Source: an uncultured Chloroflexia bacterium
Lineage (GTDB): Bacteria; Chloroflexota; Anaerolineae; Anaerolineales; UBA11858
Reading direction: 5' to 3'
Length of the DNA stretch: 64,000 nt
Assembly (NCBI GenBank): GCA_963712165.1
Contig: CAVQGY010000002.1
Location: 134,611 to 198,610, forward strand
The position numbers and the translations under genes are program-made. The notes beneath the pieces are model-generated. The model did not search any database. It saw only the letters and a program-made list of their open reading frames with translations, and was not told the origin of the DNA. Positions 37,388 through 46,284 of the stretch are shown here, in pieces. Every line of letters starts with the position of its first letter. The first letter of the stretch is position 1.

Positions 37388-38539
37388 TCACAACTGACGT
37401 AACGCAGAATAAGTATCGCCAGCAGGTTCACGATTCGCCGCTGCCAGGGCATTCACCCAGAAACCACCTGAGAAAATGGGGGCGGCGATCCAGGAACCAA
37501 GACCTCTTCCCAGGTTTGCGCTGGCGATTGTTAATGCCATCACTGTTCCCCGGGCTTCTGGAAGCACACCAGTCATCAAGGGGATCAAGCTGACGATGGC
37601 GAACTCAAAGGTCAGATAAAAGACGAATAACCCCAAATATGCCCCCGCGGTTGACCCGCCAACCAGGGGCAGCAAAAGGGAAGAAAGAACACTGGCGATC
37701 AATCCATAAGCCACTGCCTTCCGCATGCCAATCCTGTCAGCAATAGCACTGACCCCACCTTCACCCAACAGCTCAGCGATGCCGATCAGCGCGGATGCTC
37801 CCCCCAGGGCAGCGATCTGCATTCCAAAGGATTGGTTCAGCCACACTCCAAAAACCACATTCACCAGCTGATTGGCCGTGCAGATCATGAGCATCACGCC
37901 CAATCCGGCCAGGGCGGTTCCAGATCGGATCACCAATTGGAAATTCTTCAGGATGCCCTGGGATTTGGTGTGCGCCTTCGTATCCGGTGGAATGATAACC
38001 AGGGTGACCAGGATGGACAGAACGGTGAGGGCTGTTAAAAACAGGAAGGGAGACAACAAACCCACCCGATCCAATAAAAAACCTATAATGGGCATGCCCA
38101 GAAAAAAGGATAGGGACCAGCTGGTCTCGGTGATGCCTAAGACAAATCCGCGCCTCTCATAAGGGATCGTATCCCCAAAATAGGCCTGGTTGGAGGGATC
38201 GAAGATCGCCTTTCCTAACATGGAAAGGATCAGGAAGAGCAGAAACCCCAGGCTGGTAGGAAAGAGGCTGACCACTAAAGTGCCAAGGCCAAACAGGATC
38301 AAACCGGAGAGCATGCCTGTCCTGCGCCCCCGGGTGTCAGCCAAAGAGGCCAAAAAGGGGCTGATGAAGCCCACCAGGGATTGGCCAGCATACATGCGGG
38401 TAATAGTTAGCAGGCTGATCCCCAGGCCTTCCATTAATATAGGCTGAAAGGGAAAGACCATCCTGAAACCGGTATTGGTCACCGTCCGGATTAGGGTGGT
38501 GCTGGATATCTGCAGCCAGGTTTTCCGGGAGAGTTTCAT
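37388..38539 (-). CDS. MFS transporter
   Basis: 383 aa with about 12 hydrophobic segments and the MFS loop motif LADTRGRR. Confidence 0.8.
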   Translation of the reverse strand: MKLSRKTWLQISSTTLIRTVTNTGFRMVFPFQPILMEGLGISLLTITRMYAGQSLVGFISPFLASLADTRGRRTGMLSGLILFGLGTLVVSLFPTSLGFLLFLILSMLGKAIFDPSNQAYFGDTIPYERRGFVLGITETSWSLSFFLGMPIIGFLLDRVGLLSPFLFLTALTVLSILVTLVIIPPDTKAHTKSQGILKNFQLVIRSGTALAGLGVMLMICTANQLVNVVFGVWLNQSFGMQIAALGGASALIGIAELLGEGGVSAIADRIGMRKAVAYGLIASVLSSLLLPLVGGSTAGAYLGLFVFYLTFEFAIVSLIPLMTGVLPEARGTVMALTIASANLGRGLGSWIAAPIFSGGFWVNALAAANREPAGDTYSALRQL

Positions 38540-38572
38540 ATTCCCTGAATCATACCAGCAAAACTCTCAGGG

Positions 38573-38620
38573 AAATAAAAAGGATGCCCCCGCACATCAG
38601 GAGAGGCCATCCTTTTTATT
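38573..38620. terminator. Bidirectional-looking hairpin terminator
   Basis: AAAAAGGATG...CATCCTTTTT arms are flanked by A/T runs on both sides. It lies downstream of the lipoprotein gene on the minus strand. Confidence 0.5.
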
Positions 38621-38649
38621 TATAGATCTGCAGCGTGGGTAAATCCGGG

Positions 38650-39375
38650 TTAATCTCCCGGCAAAGGCGATCCCGTCGTTTCGCCATGGATCGCCCAGGT
38701 CTTATTGTACATAAACTGACCAGTGAGGTCCGGGTCAGCCGACTCTGATGCCTCCGCTCCGCCAATCTTAATTTGGAAATCCCTGGTCGTTCTCGAGAAG
38801 GGGAAGAATGGAAAATAAGGTTGAGAGGTCTGCGGGCAGTTCATAGCCCCAGTTCCTGTATCAGGATTAATGGTCTCCACTATGGTCATCGTGACCACCC
38901 CATCTGAACAAGAAGCATCCTCAATGCTTACCAAAGCCTCTCCGCTGGCAGTGATATCACAGGGACCGGCGTCCGTCTGGATAAACCCCGTGTTAGTGAT
39001 CGGCACATGGCATTCCTCCATGATCACAGTTGACCCGGCAACGCTGAACGGGCAGGGAGACGAAGGCTCGGTTTGGCCGTTAACTTTCATTAATTCCAGT
39101 TCCCGATTAGGACTGAAATCCCAGGTGTGGGAAAGGAACAGCACAAACTCGGTCAATTCACTCGGACAGGCCAGGGCTACTGGCTCCAATCCAGAATCGT
39201 CAACTGGCAGATCATCATCACCATCACCTGAGTCCAGGGCTTGTCCCTGGGAAGTGTACTGGCCGTCAGGATCAGCCGGGGCGCCGAGGATGCCACATCC
39301 TCCAATTATTAAGCTGAGACCTAAGATAATGCTCAGGACCAGGATCAACCTGGATTGATGAATTGAGAGTGACAT
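38650..39375 (-). CDS. Hypothetical lipoprotein
   Basis: 241 aa with a signal peptide and lipobox (LSLIIGGC). The mature part is Asp/Gly-rich, with no family recognised. Confidence 0.65.
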   Translation of the reverse strand: MSLSIHQSRLILVLSIILGLSLIIGGCGILGAPADPDGQYTSQGQALDSGDGDDDLPVDDSGLEPVALACPSELTEFVLFLSHTWDFSPNRELELMKVNGQTEPSSPCPFSVAGSTVIMEECHVPITNTGFIQTDAGPCDITASGEALVSIEDASCSDGVVTMTIVETINPDTGTGAMNCPQTSQPYFPFFPFSRTTRDFQIKIGGAEASESADPDLTGQFMYNKTWAIHGETTGSPLPGD

Positions 39376-39554
39376 AGATTTCTCCTTTGAATTATGTTAA
39401 TCCAACGAATCAGCCAATCCCACCACTAATCACCCCTCAAATATGCTTTTATTGTACCCGTAAAATGAAATGGCTCAAGCAGGGCTTGGGGTTCTCCTCT
39501 TATGGTTTTGACTGGGAAGAACTCCTAAATGCGATCATCCCTTGGCGCTCTTCA

Positions 39555-39574
39555 CCCACAGATCAATCTGTGGG
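39555..39574. repeat. CCCACAG-N6-CTGTGGG hairpin repeat
   Basis: A 7-bp stem. A second copy with a different loop lies at 43324-43343. Confidence 0.65.
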
Positions 39575-39789
39575 CTGAAGGTCCTGACTGGCTTTTATAT
39601 ACCTCTGGTCAGAATTCCTGGTGACTAGATAAATAAAAGCCCCGCTTAAGCAGGGCTTGGTTATCTCAGCCCACGGTTTTGCGCAGCACCCCGAGCCATC
39701 GCGAGGGGTTAACCGTGGGGAAAAAAAATAAAAGGGACCATCCCGGATTCCTTTTACATCAGTCTCCGGGTCACGCGAGGGGCGCGCTT

Positions 39790-40779
39790 CTAAATCTGCA
39801 GCTCGACCACATCCTCGTCCTCGAGCACATGGTCGCGGCTAACCATCTGGCCCGGGAAATCTGCGCTGGTCCCCCAGATCTTGGCAGTTTTGAGGTTTTC
39901 CTGGAAATCCTTGTGCACCTTACCCGCGAAATCCGCCAGCTGGATGCCTTTCCCAACTACGAAGGGCGCGGTTTTATCGGGCTCTTTTCCAGGCGCTTTG
40001 GAGTAGACCCGAATCACACCCAGTTTTTCGAAGATGCTTTTCTTTAACACCTCAAGATTGAACCCGGTAGCAACGGACGCCGGGATCAAAGGATGTTCAT
40101 CCTCCAGCAGTTGCTGGAAGATCTCATAATGTTCCCCATATTCCTCACTGTCATACTTGTTGACCAGAACCAGGCAGGGTACATAAAGGAGAAAACCTTC
40201 GCCTTCTATCCTTCCACGCAAATAATCAGGCGCGATGCGGTTTTCCAGCAGTTTTCCGATCACAAACTCCAGTTCCTTGACCGGATTGGCATGGAGATCG
40301 ATCATGATCAAAACCAGATCCACCCTCCGGATCAAATTCAAGAATTCCGGATCGATATACTCCTCGCTGAAGGGAGGGGTATCGATCAGCTGGACCTGGA
40401 TATTTTCGATCATCATCATTCCAGGCGTCGGAGTCCAGGTAGTGAAAGGCACTGCTGAAACCTCTGGGTCAGCGTTGGTTTGGGCTGCCACCAGGGTGGA
40501 TTTTCCGGCGTTTGTGCAGCCGATGATCACGATCTGTCCTGCCCCTTCCTTGTTGATATGGTAGGGAGAAATCTGCTTTTTACCGCCCTTCTTTGAGGTT
40601 GTGGCAGCTTTCAATTTGGAAAGTTTTTTACGCAGATCCGCTCGAAGGTGATCCGTACCCTTATGTTTGGGAATAGTGCTGAGCATTTCCTCCAAGTACT
40701 TGACCTTGTCTTCTGTCGTGGTCGCGGACCGGAAGCGCTCCTCTGCGTTGAAATAGTCAGCTGGAAGGTTGGTTGGCAT
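39790..40779 (-). CDS. DRG/Rbg-type OBG-family GTPase with C-terminal TGS domain
   Basis: 329 aa. An N-terminal helical region (KHKGTDHLRADLRKKLSKLK) is followed by G1 IIGCTNAGKST, G2/G3 PFTTWTPTPG...LIDTPP and a TGS-like tail ending DEDVVELQI. Confidence 0.8.
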   Translation of the reverse strand: MPTNLPADYFNAEERFRSATTTEDKVKYLEEMLSTIPKHKGTDHLRADLRKKLSKLKAATTSKKGGKKQISPYHINKEGAGQIVIIGCTNAGKSTLVAAQTNADPEVSAVPFTTWTPTPGMMMIENIQVQLIDTPPFSEEYIDPEFLNLIRRVDLVLIMIDLHANPVKELEFVIGKLLENRIAPDYLRGRIEGEGFLLYVPCLVLVNKYDSEEYGEHYEIFQQLLEDEHPLIPASVATGFNLEVLKKSIFEKLGVIRVYSKAPGKEPDKTAPFVVGKGIQLADFAGKVHKDFQENLKTAKIWGTSADFPGQMVSRDHVLEDEDVVELQI

Positions 40780-40909
40780 AAGATTCTTCTATGTAATGTG
40801 TAGCTCCATTTTACCCCAAGGAATTCGAGTTGACCTCTTTTACCTTACATTATTCTTAAGCACTGATATTGATAATCATCTACAATGTGTGTAGCAAGGA
40901 AAACAAGCT

Positions 40910-41527
40910 ATGATCAAACTATTACTGGCGTCCAACAACCAAGGGAAGTTGGCAGAACTCCGGTCGCTTTTTAGCGGCCTTGAGCTTGAGCTTCTCTCCC
41001 CTGCGGACCTGGGTCTGGACCTGAAGGTCGAGGAACGGGGATTGAATTACATGGAGAACGCGGTCCTTAAAGCTGCCATTTTCGCAGACGCAGCACAAAT
41101 GTGGACCCTGGCTGATGACTCCGGGCTTGAAGTCGATCTCCTGGATGGGGCTCCTGGCTTACGCTCTGCTCGTTACGCGCCGGATCCGAATGCTACAGAC
41201 AAAGACCGAAGGTTATTCCTGGTTCAGAATCTTAAAGAATTCACCAGGCCCTGGAAAGCAGTCTTTCAATGTGTTCTCGCGCTGGTAGGGCCGGAAGGCT
41301 CGCCAATTGTCACTCGCGGTACCTGTTCGGGTGATATTATCCCTATCGATCGGGGGCATGGTGGTTTTGGGTATGACAAGATCTTTCGCCTGGAAGCAAA
41401 CGGGCTGACCATGGCTGAGCTCACTCCGGAGCTGAAGAACCAGCTCAGCCACCGGGCACTGGCCGCCGCCAAACTGATCCCTGTGCTGGAGACTTTATTT
41501 GCTAACAGTTTTTCTCAGTTAGAATGA
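40910..41527 (+). CDS. rdgB: Non-canonical purine NTP pyrophosphatase (RdgB/HAM1 family)
   Basis: 205 aa with LLLASNNQGKLAEL, GGFGYDKIF and SHRALA. Confidence 0.9.
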   Translation: MIKLLLASNNQGKLAELRSLFSGLELELLSPADLGLDLKVEERGLNYMENAVLKAAIFADAAQMWTLADDSGLEVDLLDGAPGLRSARYAPDPNATDKDRRLFLVQNLKEFTRPWKAVFQCVLALVGPEGSPIVTRGTCSGDIIPIDRGHGGFGYDKIFRLEANGLTMAELTPELKNQLSHRALAAAKLIPVLETLFANSFSQLE

Positions 41528-41622
41528 GGGCCAGGTCTCGGCTGACAGGCCATCCGGCACAGTGAAAAGTTATCGGTTTTGAGTTATGATATGGGTATTA
41601 CGCTTAGCAAACTGGATTGTTG

Positions 41623-42981
41623 ATGGTATCAGTAAATGAGTTCTGGATCATCCTGGGTTTAGCAGTTATCATTTCCCTGCTGCTTGGAGCAGGTGGGGCG
41701 TATTTCCTGCTTCCTAAACCGAAACCCAGCGATGCAGAAACCCCTTCACCCAAAAAACGAAAAGGACAGGACAAAGCCAAAGAGCGTATCAGGCGCATGT
41801 ATGCCCTGATCACTGACCTGACCGTGACCCTGAACTATTCCCGGGTGCTTGAAAAAAGTCTTGACGCGTCCTTCCTGGCACTGCGCATCCTTGATATGCC
41901 CACAGATCGACTGATCAGCGTCGTACTGCTGTTCGCAGAAGAGGAAATGGCTGTGCCGGATCTGGTAGTAGCCTATGGCCGGGGCTTACCCCGCCCGGAC
42001 CTGGCCATCCGTATTCGCGGCGTCTCTGGCCTGTTGGAGCGTGTGATCGAATCCGGTGACCCCCATGTCACCAACGAGCTCGGGAAGGATCCTGAACTAA
42101 AGCAGTTCATCTCTTTCCGGGCCTGCCGCGCTGGCTACTGCGTTCCGCTTCGGGCCGGCCTGGACACCTTTGGCGTGATCCTTTTCGGTCATCCCGATGA
42201 CGATTATTTCAATGCGGATGCCCAGGATGTGATCAACACTATCGCCCACCAAGCCCAGATAGCGATGCAAAACGCTCACCTCTTCCAGGAGCTGAAAACA
42301 GAACGCGACCAGATCATTAAAGCTCAGTCCGAGGCCCAGCGCAGACTGGCCCGGGCCTTACATGACGGACCCACCCAGACAGTGGCAGCCATCCCCATGC
42401 AGATCAGCCGCGCCCGGCATTTGCTAAACAAAGACATCACCGCAGCAGGAGAGGCCCTTTACCAGACCGAGGAACTGGCCCGCCGCACCTCGCGGCAGCT
42501 GCGCCACATGCTCTTCACCCTGCGGCCGCTGGTGCTGGAATCGGAAGGTTTGATCGCCGCCCTGGAATCCATGGCCGAAAAGACCAAGGAAACTTTCGAC
42601 CAAAATGTGATCATCGAGTGTGATGCTGAATTGGTCAAAGAACTGGACATGAACACCCAGACGGTGATCTTCACCATCGCCGAGGAAGCCGTTAATAACG
42701 CCCGTAAACACGCCCAGGCGGAGCACATCTGGGTCAAAGTCACCAGGCTGCAAGCCGACCTGGCTTTCCTGGAGATCGAGGATGACGGCAAGGGCTTCCT
42801 GGTGGAAGGTGTTCTAGAGAATTATGACGGCCGGGGAAGCCTGGGCATGGTCAATATGCGCGAACGCGCTGAACTGGTCCAGGGTGTTTTCCATGTCAAA
42901 TCGATTCCCGGCGAGGGCACCCAGATCCAGGTAGTCCTTCCACTTACACCGGATGCAGCTGATCGCCTGCGGCTAATTTAG
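41623..42981 (+). CDS. Sensor histidine kinase (TM - GAF-like - HisKA_3 - HATPase_c)
   Basis: An H-box LARALHDGPTQ, an N-box EEAVNNARKHA and a G-box DDGKGF...GSLGM are present. The first ATG is at 41623 (the ORF track begins at a TTG at 41617). No adjacent response regulator was found. Confidence 0.85.
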   Translation: MVSVNEFWIILGLAVIISLLLGAGGAYFLLPKPKPSDAETPSPKKRKGQDKAKERIRRMYALITDLTVTLNYSRVLEKSLDASFLALRILDMPTDRLISVVLLFAEEEMAVPDLVVAYGRGLPRPDLAIRIRGVSGLLERVIESGDPHVTNELGKDPELKQFISFRACRAGYCVPLRAGLDTFGVILFGHPDDDYFNADAQDVINTIAHQAQIAMQNAHLFQELKTERDQIIKAQSEAQRRLARALHDGPTQTVAAIPMQISRARHLLNKDITAAGEALYQTEELARRTSRQLRHMLFTLRPLVLESEGLIAALESMAEKTKETFDQNVIIECDAELVKELDMNTQTVIFTIAEEAVNNARKHAQAEHIWVKVTRLQADLAFLEIEDDGKGFLVEGVLENYDGRGSLGMVNMRERAELVQGVFHVKSIPGEGTQIQVVLPLTPDAADRLRLI

Positions 42982-43024
42982 CGCCAATGGAGCGACGGGT
43001 GTGCCCGTTGGGCACGACCGAGGA

Positions 43025-43058
43025 CCGGGGGCTGCTTGGCAGCCGACCGGTTTTTTTT
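43025..43058 (+). terminator. Strong intrinsic terminator of the histidine kinase gene
   Basis: CCGG-G-GGCTGC ttg GCAGCC-GA-CCGG hairpin is followed by T8. Confidence 0.8.
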
Positions 43059-43106
43059 GTAGGGGCGACCCGGCACTGTCCTGAGCGAAGCCGAAGGACG
43101 GTCGCC
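43059..43106. repeat. GTAGGGGCGACC...GGTCGCC long hairpin repeat
   Basis: The outer stem is GGCGACC/GGTCGCC and the inner stem is GTCC/GGAC. The 5' motif is the same as at 35432. Confidence 0.7.
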
Positions 43107-43323
43107 TTTTATTGTTTAGGGAGAAGTCGTTGTTTGCGTCCTGGAAAGACCTAAACATGCAGGACAATCCCCTGCTTGGGGGGCCCCCGGCTGTCCCCTC
43201 GCTAAGGCTCGGGATGCTTCGCAAACCCGGGAGCTGAGGAAACCAAGCCCCGCTAGGGTGGGGCTTTATTACATCAATCTGGGATAATGAGGGAAATAGG
43301 TATATGTCAAGAGTGATAATCAG

Positions 43324-43343
43324 CCCACAGCTGAATCTGTGGG
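43324..43343. repeat. CCCACAG-N6-CTGTGGG hairpin repeat (second copy)
   Basis: It has the same 7-bp stem as 39555-39574, with loop CTGAAT instead of ATCAAT. Confidence 0.65.
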
Positions 43344-43576
43344 TTTGGGGGAAATCGGCCTTGCTGATTTTCCCAAGTCTCCCTGTTAAATAACCTCCTG
43401 GTCACCAAGTCTCCCAATCTCCCTGTCACATGATCCGGTCCTTCAGACCGAGATTGCCGCCCTTCGCTCCACTCTGGGCAGGCTGTCAGTCGTTGCACTC
43501 CTTCCTCACAATGACAAATTGGTCTGACCTCCCTCTCCCAGTCACCCAGTCCCCAGGGAATCCCGCCTCTTTTTTT

Positions 43577-43642
43577 CCGGTCGCGAGCAAGGCGAGCAAC
43601 CGGTCTCTTTACCCCGGTCACGAGCACAGCGAGAAACCGGTC
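43577..43642. repeat. Two 29-nt CCGGTC(G/A)CGAGCA...ACCGGTC hairpin units, 37-nt period
   Basis: The units are CCGGTCGCGAGCAAGGCGAGCAACCGGTC (43577-43605) and CCGGTCACGAGCACAGCGAGAAACCGGTC (43614-43642). Confidence 0.65.
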
Positions 43643-43691
43643 CTCAAGGAAGTGATTCTTCTATCTTTCAATTTACACTTACAATATATCC

Positions 43692-44459
43692 ATGCCATAT
43701 CTCAACGACCTATACTACCAGGCCTACCAGCCCGATGATGCTGATCGCTGGCCGCTGGCCCTGATCCACGGCGCGGGTGGGGATCACCTTTCCTGGCCCA
43801 GCCAGCTCCGGAGAATGAGCGGTTACCGGATCTTCACTCCTGATCTGCCCGGTCATGGCAAATCCAGAGGACACGGCCTGCAGGGGATCTCTTCCTATGG
43901 GAAATCCACGGCCGCCTGGATCCAGAGCCTGGAACTGCCCAAAGTCTTCCTGGCCGGGCATTCCATGGGCGGGGCGATCGCACTCTGGCTGGCCCTTCAC
44001 CATCCCGAACTGGTCCGCGCCCTGGTATTGATCAGCACCGGAGCCAGGCTGCCAGTCAACCTCAGCCTGATCGAGGAGCTGGCCACCCAGGTAGGTTTTC
44101 CGATCGCGGTGGAGAAGATCACCAACTGGTCTTTCAGCTCCCGGGTTGAGCCGGCGCTGATTGAAAACGCAAAGAGGCAATTATTGAACACCCGGCCATC
44201 CGTGCTGGCTGGGGACTTCCGCGCCTGCGACAGTTTCGATCTCAACGAGCGGCTGGGGGAGATCCAGGTGCCGACCCTCGTCCTGGTGGGAGATGAGGAC
44301 AAGATGACTCCGGAACGTTTCGCGGAAGGGTTGGCAGGTGGCATCTCGGGGGCAGATCTGAAGGTCATCCCCGGGGCGGGGCATATGCTGCCGCTGGAGC
44401 AGCCCGCTGCGGTGTCTGGTGCCATGCGGGGCTTCCTGGAGCGGGTCCTGGATGGATAA
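43692..44459 (+). CDS. Alpha/beta-fold hydrolase
   Basis: 255 aa with nucleophile elbow GHSMGG and C-terminal GAGHMLPLEQP. Confidence 0.8.
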   Translation: MPYLNDLYYQAYQPDDADRWPLALIHGAGGDHLSWPSQLRRMSGYRIFTPDLPGHGKSRGHGLQGISSYGKSTAAWIQSLELPKVFLAGHSMGGAIALWLALHHPELVRALVLISTGARLPVNLSLIEELATQVGFPIAVEKITNWSFSSRVEPALIENAKRQLLNTRPSVLAGDFRACDSFDLNERLGEIQVPTLVLVGDEDKMTPERFAEGLAGGISGADLKVIPGAGHMLPLEQPAAVSGAMRGFLERVLDG

Positions 44460-44487
44460 AACCATTGCCTAATCCCATTCCAGGTTG

Positions 44488-44493
44488 TATAAT
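44488..44493 (+). promoter_or_regulatory. Candidate -10 box (TATAAT) for tRNA-Val
   Basis: A perfect TATAAT lies 10 nt upstream of the tRNA 5' end. Confidence 0.35.
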
Positions 44494-44503
44494 ATTTTCC
44501 CAC

Positions 44504-44577
44504 GGGCGGTTAGCTCAGCTGGTTAGAGCGTTGCGTTGACATCGCAAAGGTCGTTGGTTCGAGTCCAATACCGCCCA
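44504..44577 (+). tRNA. tRNA-Val (anticodon GAC)
   Basis: I folded a 74-nt cloverleaf by hand: acceptor GGGCGGT/ACCGCCC, D arm GCTC/GAGC, anticodon stem TTGCG/CGCAA with loop TTGACAT, T arm GTTGG-TTCGAGT-CCAAT and discriminator A. No CCA is encoded. Confidence 0.93.
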
Positions 44578-44584
44578 CTTCTCT

Positions 44585-44609
44585 AAACCGCTTTCGGGCG
44601 GTTTTTTTC
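44585..44609 (+). terminator. Intrinsic terminator after tRNA-Val
   Basis: AAACCGC-tttcgg-GCGGTTT is followed by a T-run. Confidence 0.7.
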
Positions 44610-44708
44610 TGTCTCGGGTTTAATCCCCCTGAATAGCCTGGTTTTTTCGGATATTTGCATGCTATGATTGTAGTAAAGGTGCATTCTATGTAAACAAGGA
44701 GGTTTGGT

Positions 44709-44837
44709 GTGGGCGAGAAAGGAAAACGTGACAAAGGCAAACGGGAATCGAAAAAGAAAGCGAAACTCACCATAAAAGAAAAACGCCGGGAAAAAAAAGA
44801 GAATACCCAGTCCGGGAGCAAACTATCCCAATCATGA
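44709..44837 (+). CDS. Small (42-aa) Lys/Arg-rich hypothetical protein
   Basis: The sequence is VGEKGKRDKGKRESKKKAKLTIKEKRREKKENTQSGSKLSQS. A perfect AAGGAGG lies 8 nt upstream of the GTG. It is below the ORF-track cutoff. Confidence 0.4.
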   Translation: MGEKGKRDKGKRESKKKAKLTIKEKRREKKENTQSGSKLSQS

Positions 44838-45384
44838 TCTAAGCCCCTCTTGGACTTTCTAGCACGTTGTCAGCGGACATTTGCTCAATATAAAAAAGTC
44901 GAAAATCATCTGAAGAAGTGATCAGGTTTGATAACCCATATCGATCTAGAAGTCCGGGTACGCCCCCTGCCATGAACCCACCTACATCCTCATTCGAAGG
45001 GCTTTTGCTTCGGTGAGATTGAGGTGGGTTTTGTATTAAATGGATTGGATATGTTCAAATCACTCTATGCCTGAAATTGAGGATCCTGAGTGATAACCAG
45101 ATAGGGGCATCCACTTTCCCAGCAAACCGGGATCGATTCGGGTATTTTTTGGCCTACTGGACCATAGATAAATCATCCTTTTAGAGTACCCAAACCATCC
45201 CTTTGTTGGGAGCAAGTTATCTCACTTATTGTTATACTTCCCATAGATGAAATCCTTATCGAGGCTTCATCTCTATCCGTAAACACATCTCGTGGAAGTG
45301 GAAAAGATAGTTTCAATACCGTTGGATAGACAGGCGAAAGGTGTGAGAATTTAATCCGGACTTAGTTAGAAAAAGGAACCAGCC

Positions 45385-46284
45385 ATGCACCCCATTGAAG
45401 TTACCCAAATCGCAAAATCGTTCGGCGATACACATGCGGTTGTTGATGTTTCATTTGATGTGAGAAGTGGTGAGATCTTTGGCCTGCTCGGCCCCAACGG
45501 AGCAGGGAAAACCACAGCGATCCGGATCATGCTGGACATATTCCAACCTGACCGGGGTGAAGTCTCTATTTTAGGTGGACCTATGTCCGAAGGGAAAAAG
45601 GACCATATCGGATATATGCCGGAAGAACGCGGTTTATATCAGGATATCCCTCTGGAGCGCTGCCTGCTCTATTTGGCTTCACTCAAAGGGGTCCCTGATC
45701 AAAAAGCCCGCCAAAATCTGGAGGTATATCTAGACCGGTTTGACCTGGCCGCCCATAAGAGCAAGAAGATCAAAGAGCTCAGCAAGGGGATGCAGCAAAA
45801 AGCCCAGATCATCAACACCATCATTCATGAGCCAGAGCTGATCATCATCGATGAACCGTTCACCGCGCTGGACCCACTGAACCTGCAACTTGTCAAGGAC
45901 GTTATGTTGGAGCTGCGCGATCGGGGCGTGACCATCATCATGTCGACCCACCAGATGCAGCAGGTAGAAGAGTTATGTGACCGCATCCTTTTGATTAACG
46001 ACGGGGAGAATGTACTGTATGGGGACCTAGATGAAATTCGGCGGCGGTTCTCCGGTCATGCTGTTTTAGTTCGGGCCGAAGGCAAACTGCCAGAAATGCC
46101 AGGCGTGAAGGATGTCATCTCTCACAATGGTGATCTCAAACTCTCCCTGGATGAAAATACATCACCTCAAGATGTATTGAAATCCCTGGCCGATAGAGAC
46201 ATTAACGTTGAGAAATTTGAGATCGCTGTCCCGGCCCTAAACGAGATCTTCATCCGCGTGGTTGAGGAGGGCGACTCCAAATGA
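45385..46284 (+). CDS. ABC transporter ATP-binding protein (ABC-2/NatA type)
   Basis: Walker A GPNGAGKTT, signature LSKGMQQK and Walker B LIIIDEP are present. Confidence 0.9.
   Translation: MHPIEVTQIAKSFGDTHAVVDVSFDVRSGEIFGLLGPNGAGKTTAIRIMLDIFQPDRGEVSILGGPMSEGKKDHIGYMPEERGLYQDIPLERCLLYLASLKGVPDQKARQNLEVYLDRFDLAAHKSKKIKELSKGMQQKAQIINTIIHEPELIIIDEPFTALDPLNLQLVKDVMLELRDRGVTIIMSTHQMQQVEELCDRILLINDGENVLYGDLDEIRRRFSGHAVLVRAEGKLPEMPGVKDVISHNGDLKLSLDENTSPQDVLKSLADRDINVEKFEIAVPALNEIFIRVVEEGDSK

Noticed and set aside
42982-43691. Possible CRISPR array in the repeat-rich intergenic region
   Set aside because: The repeats are heterogeneous hairpins of different families with irregular spacing. There is no series of identical 25-40-nt repeats separated by unique spacers, and there are no cas genes in the window.
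44510-44821. 103-aa minus-strand ORF
   Set aside because: It overlaps tRNA-Val and its terminator antisense and is low-complexity. It is a by-product of the A/G-rich small ORF on the other strand.
44578-45384. Integrated element at the tRNA-Val 3' end
   Set aside because: There is no integrase gene and no direct repeat of the tRNA 3' segment within the window.
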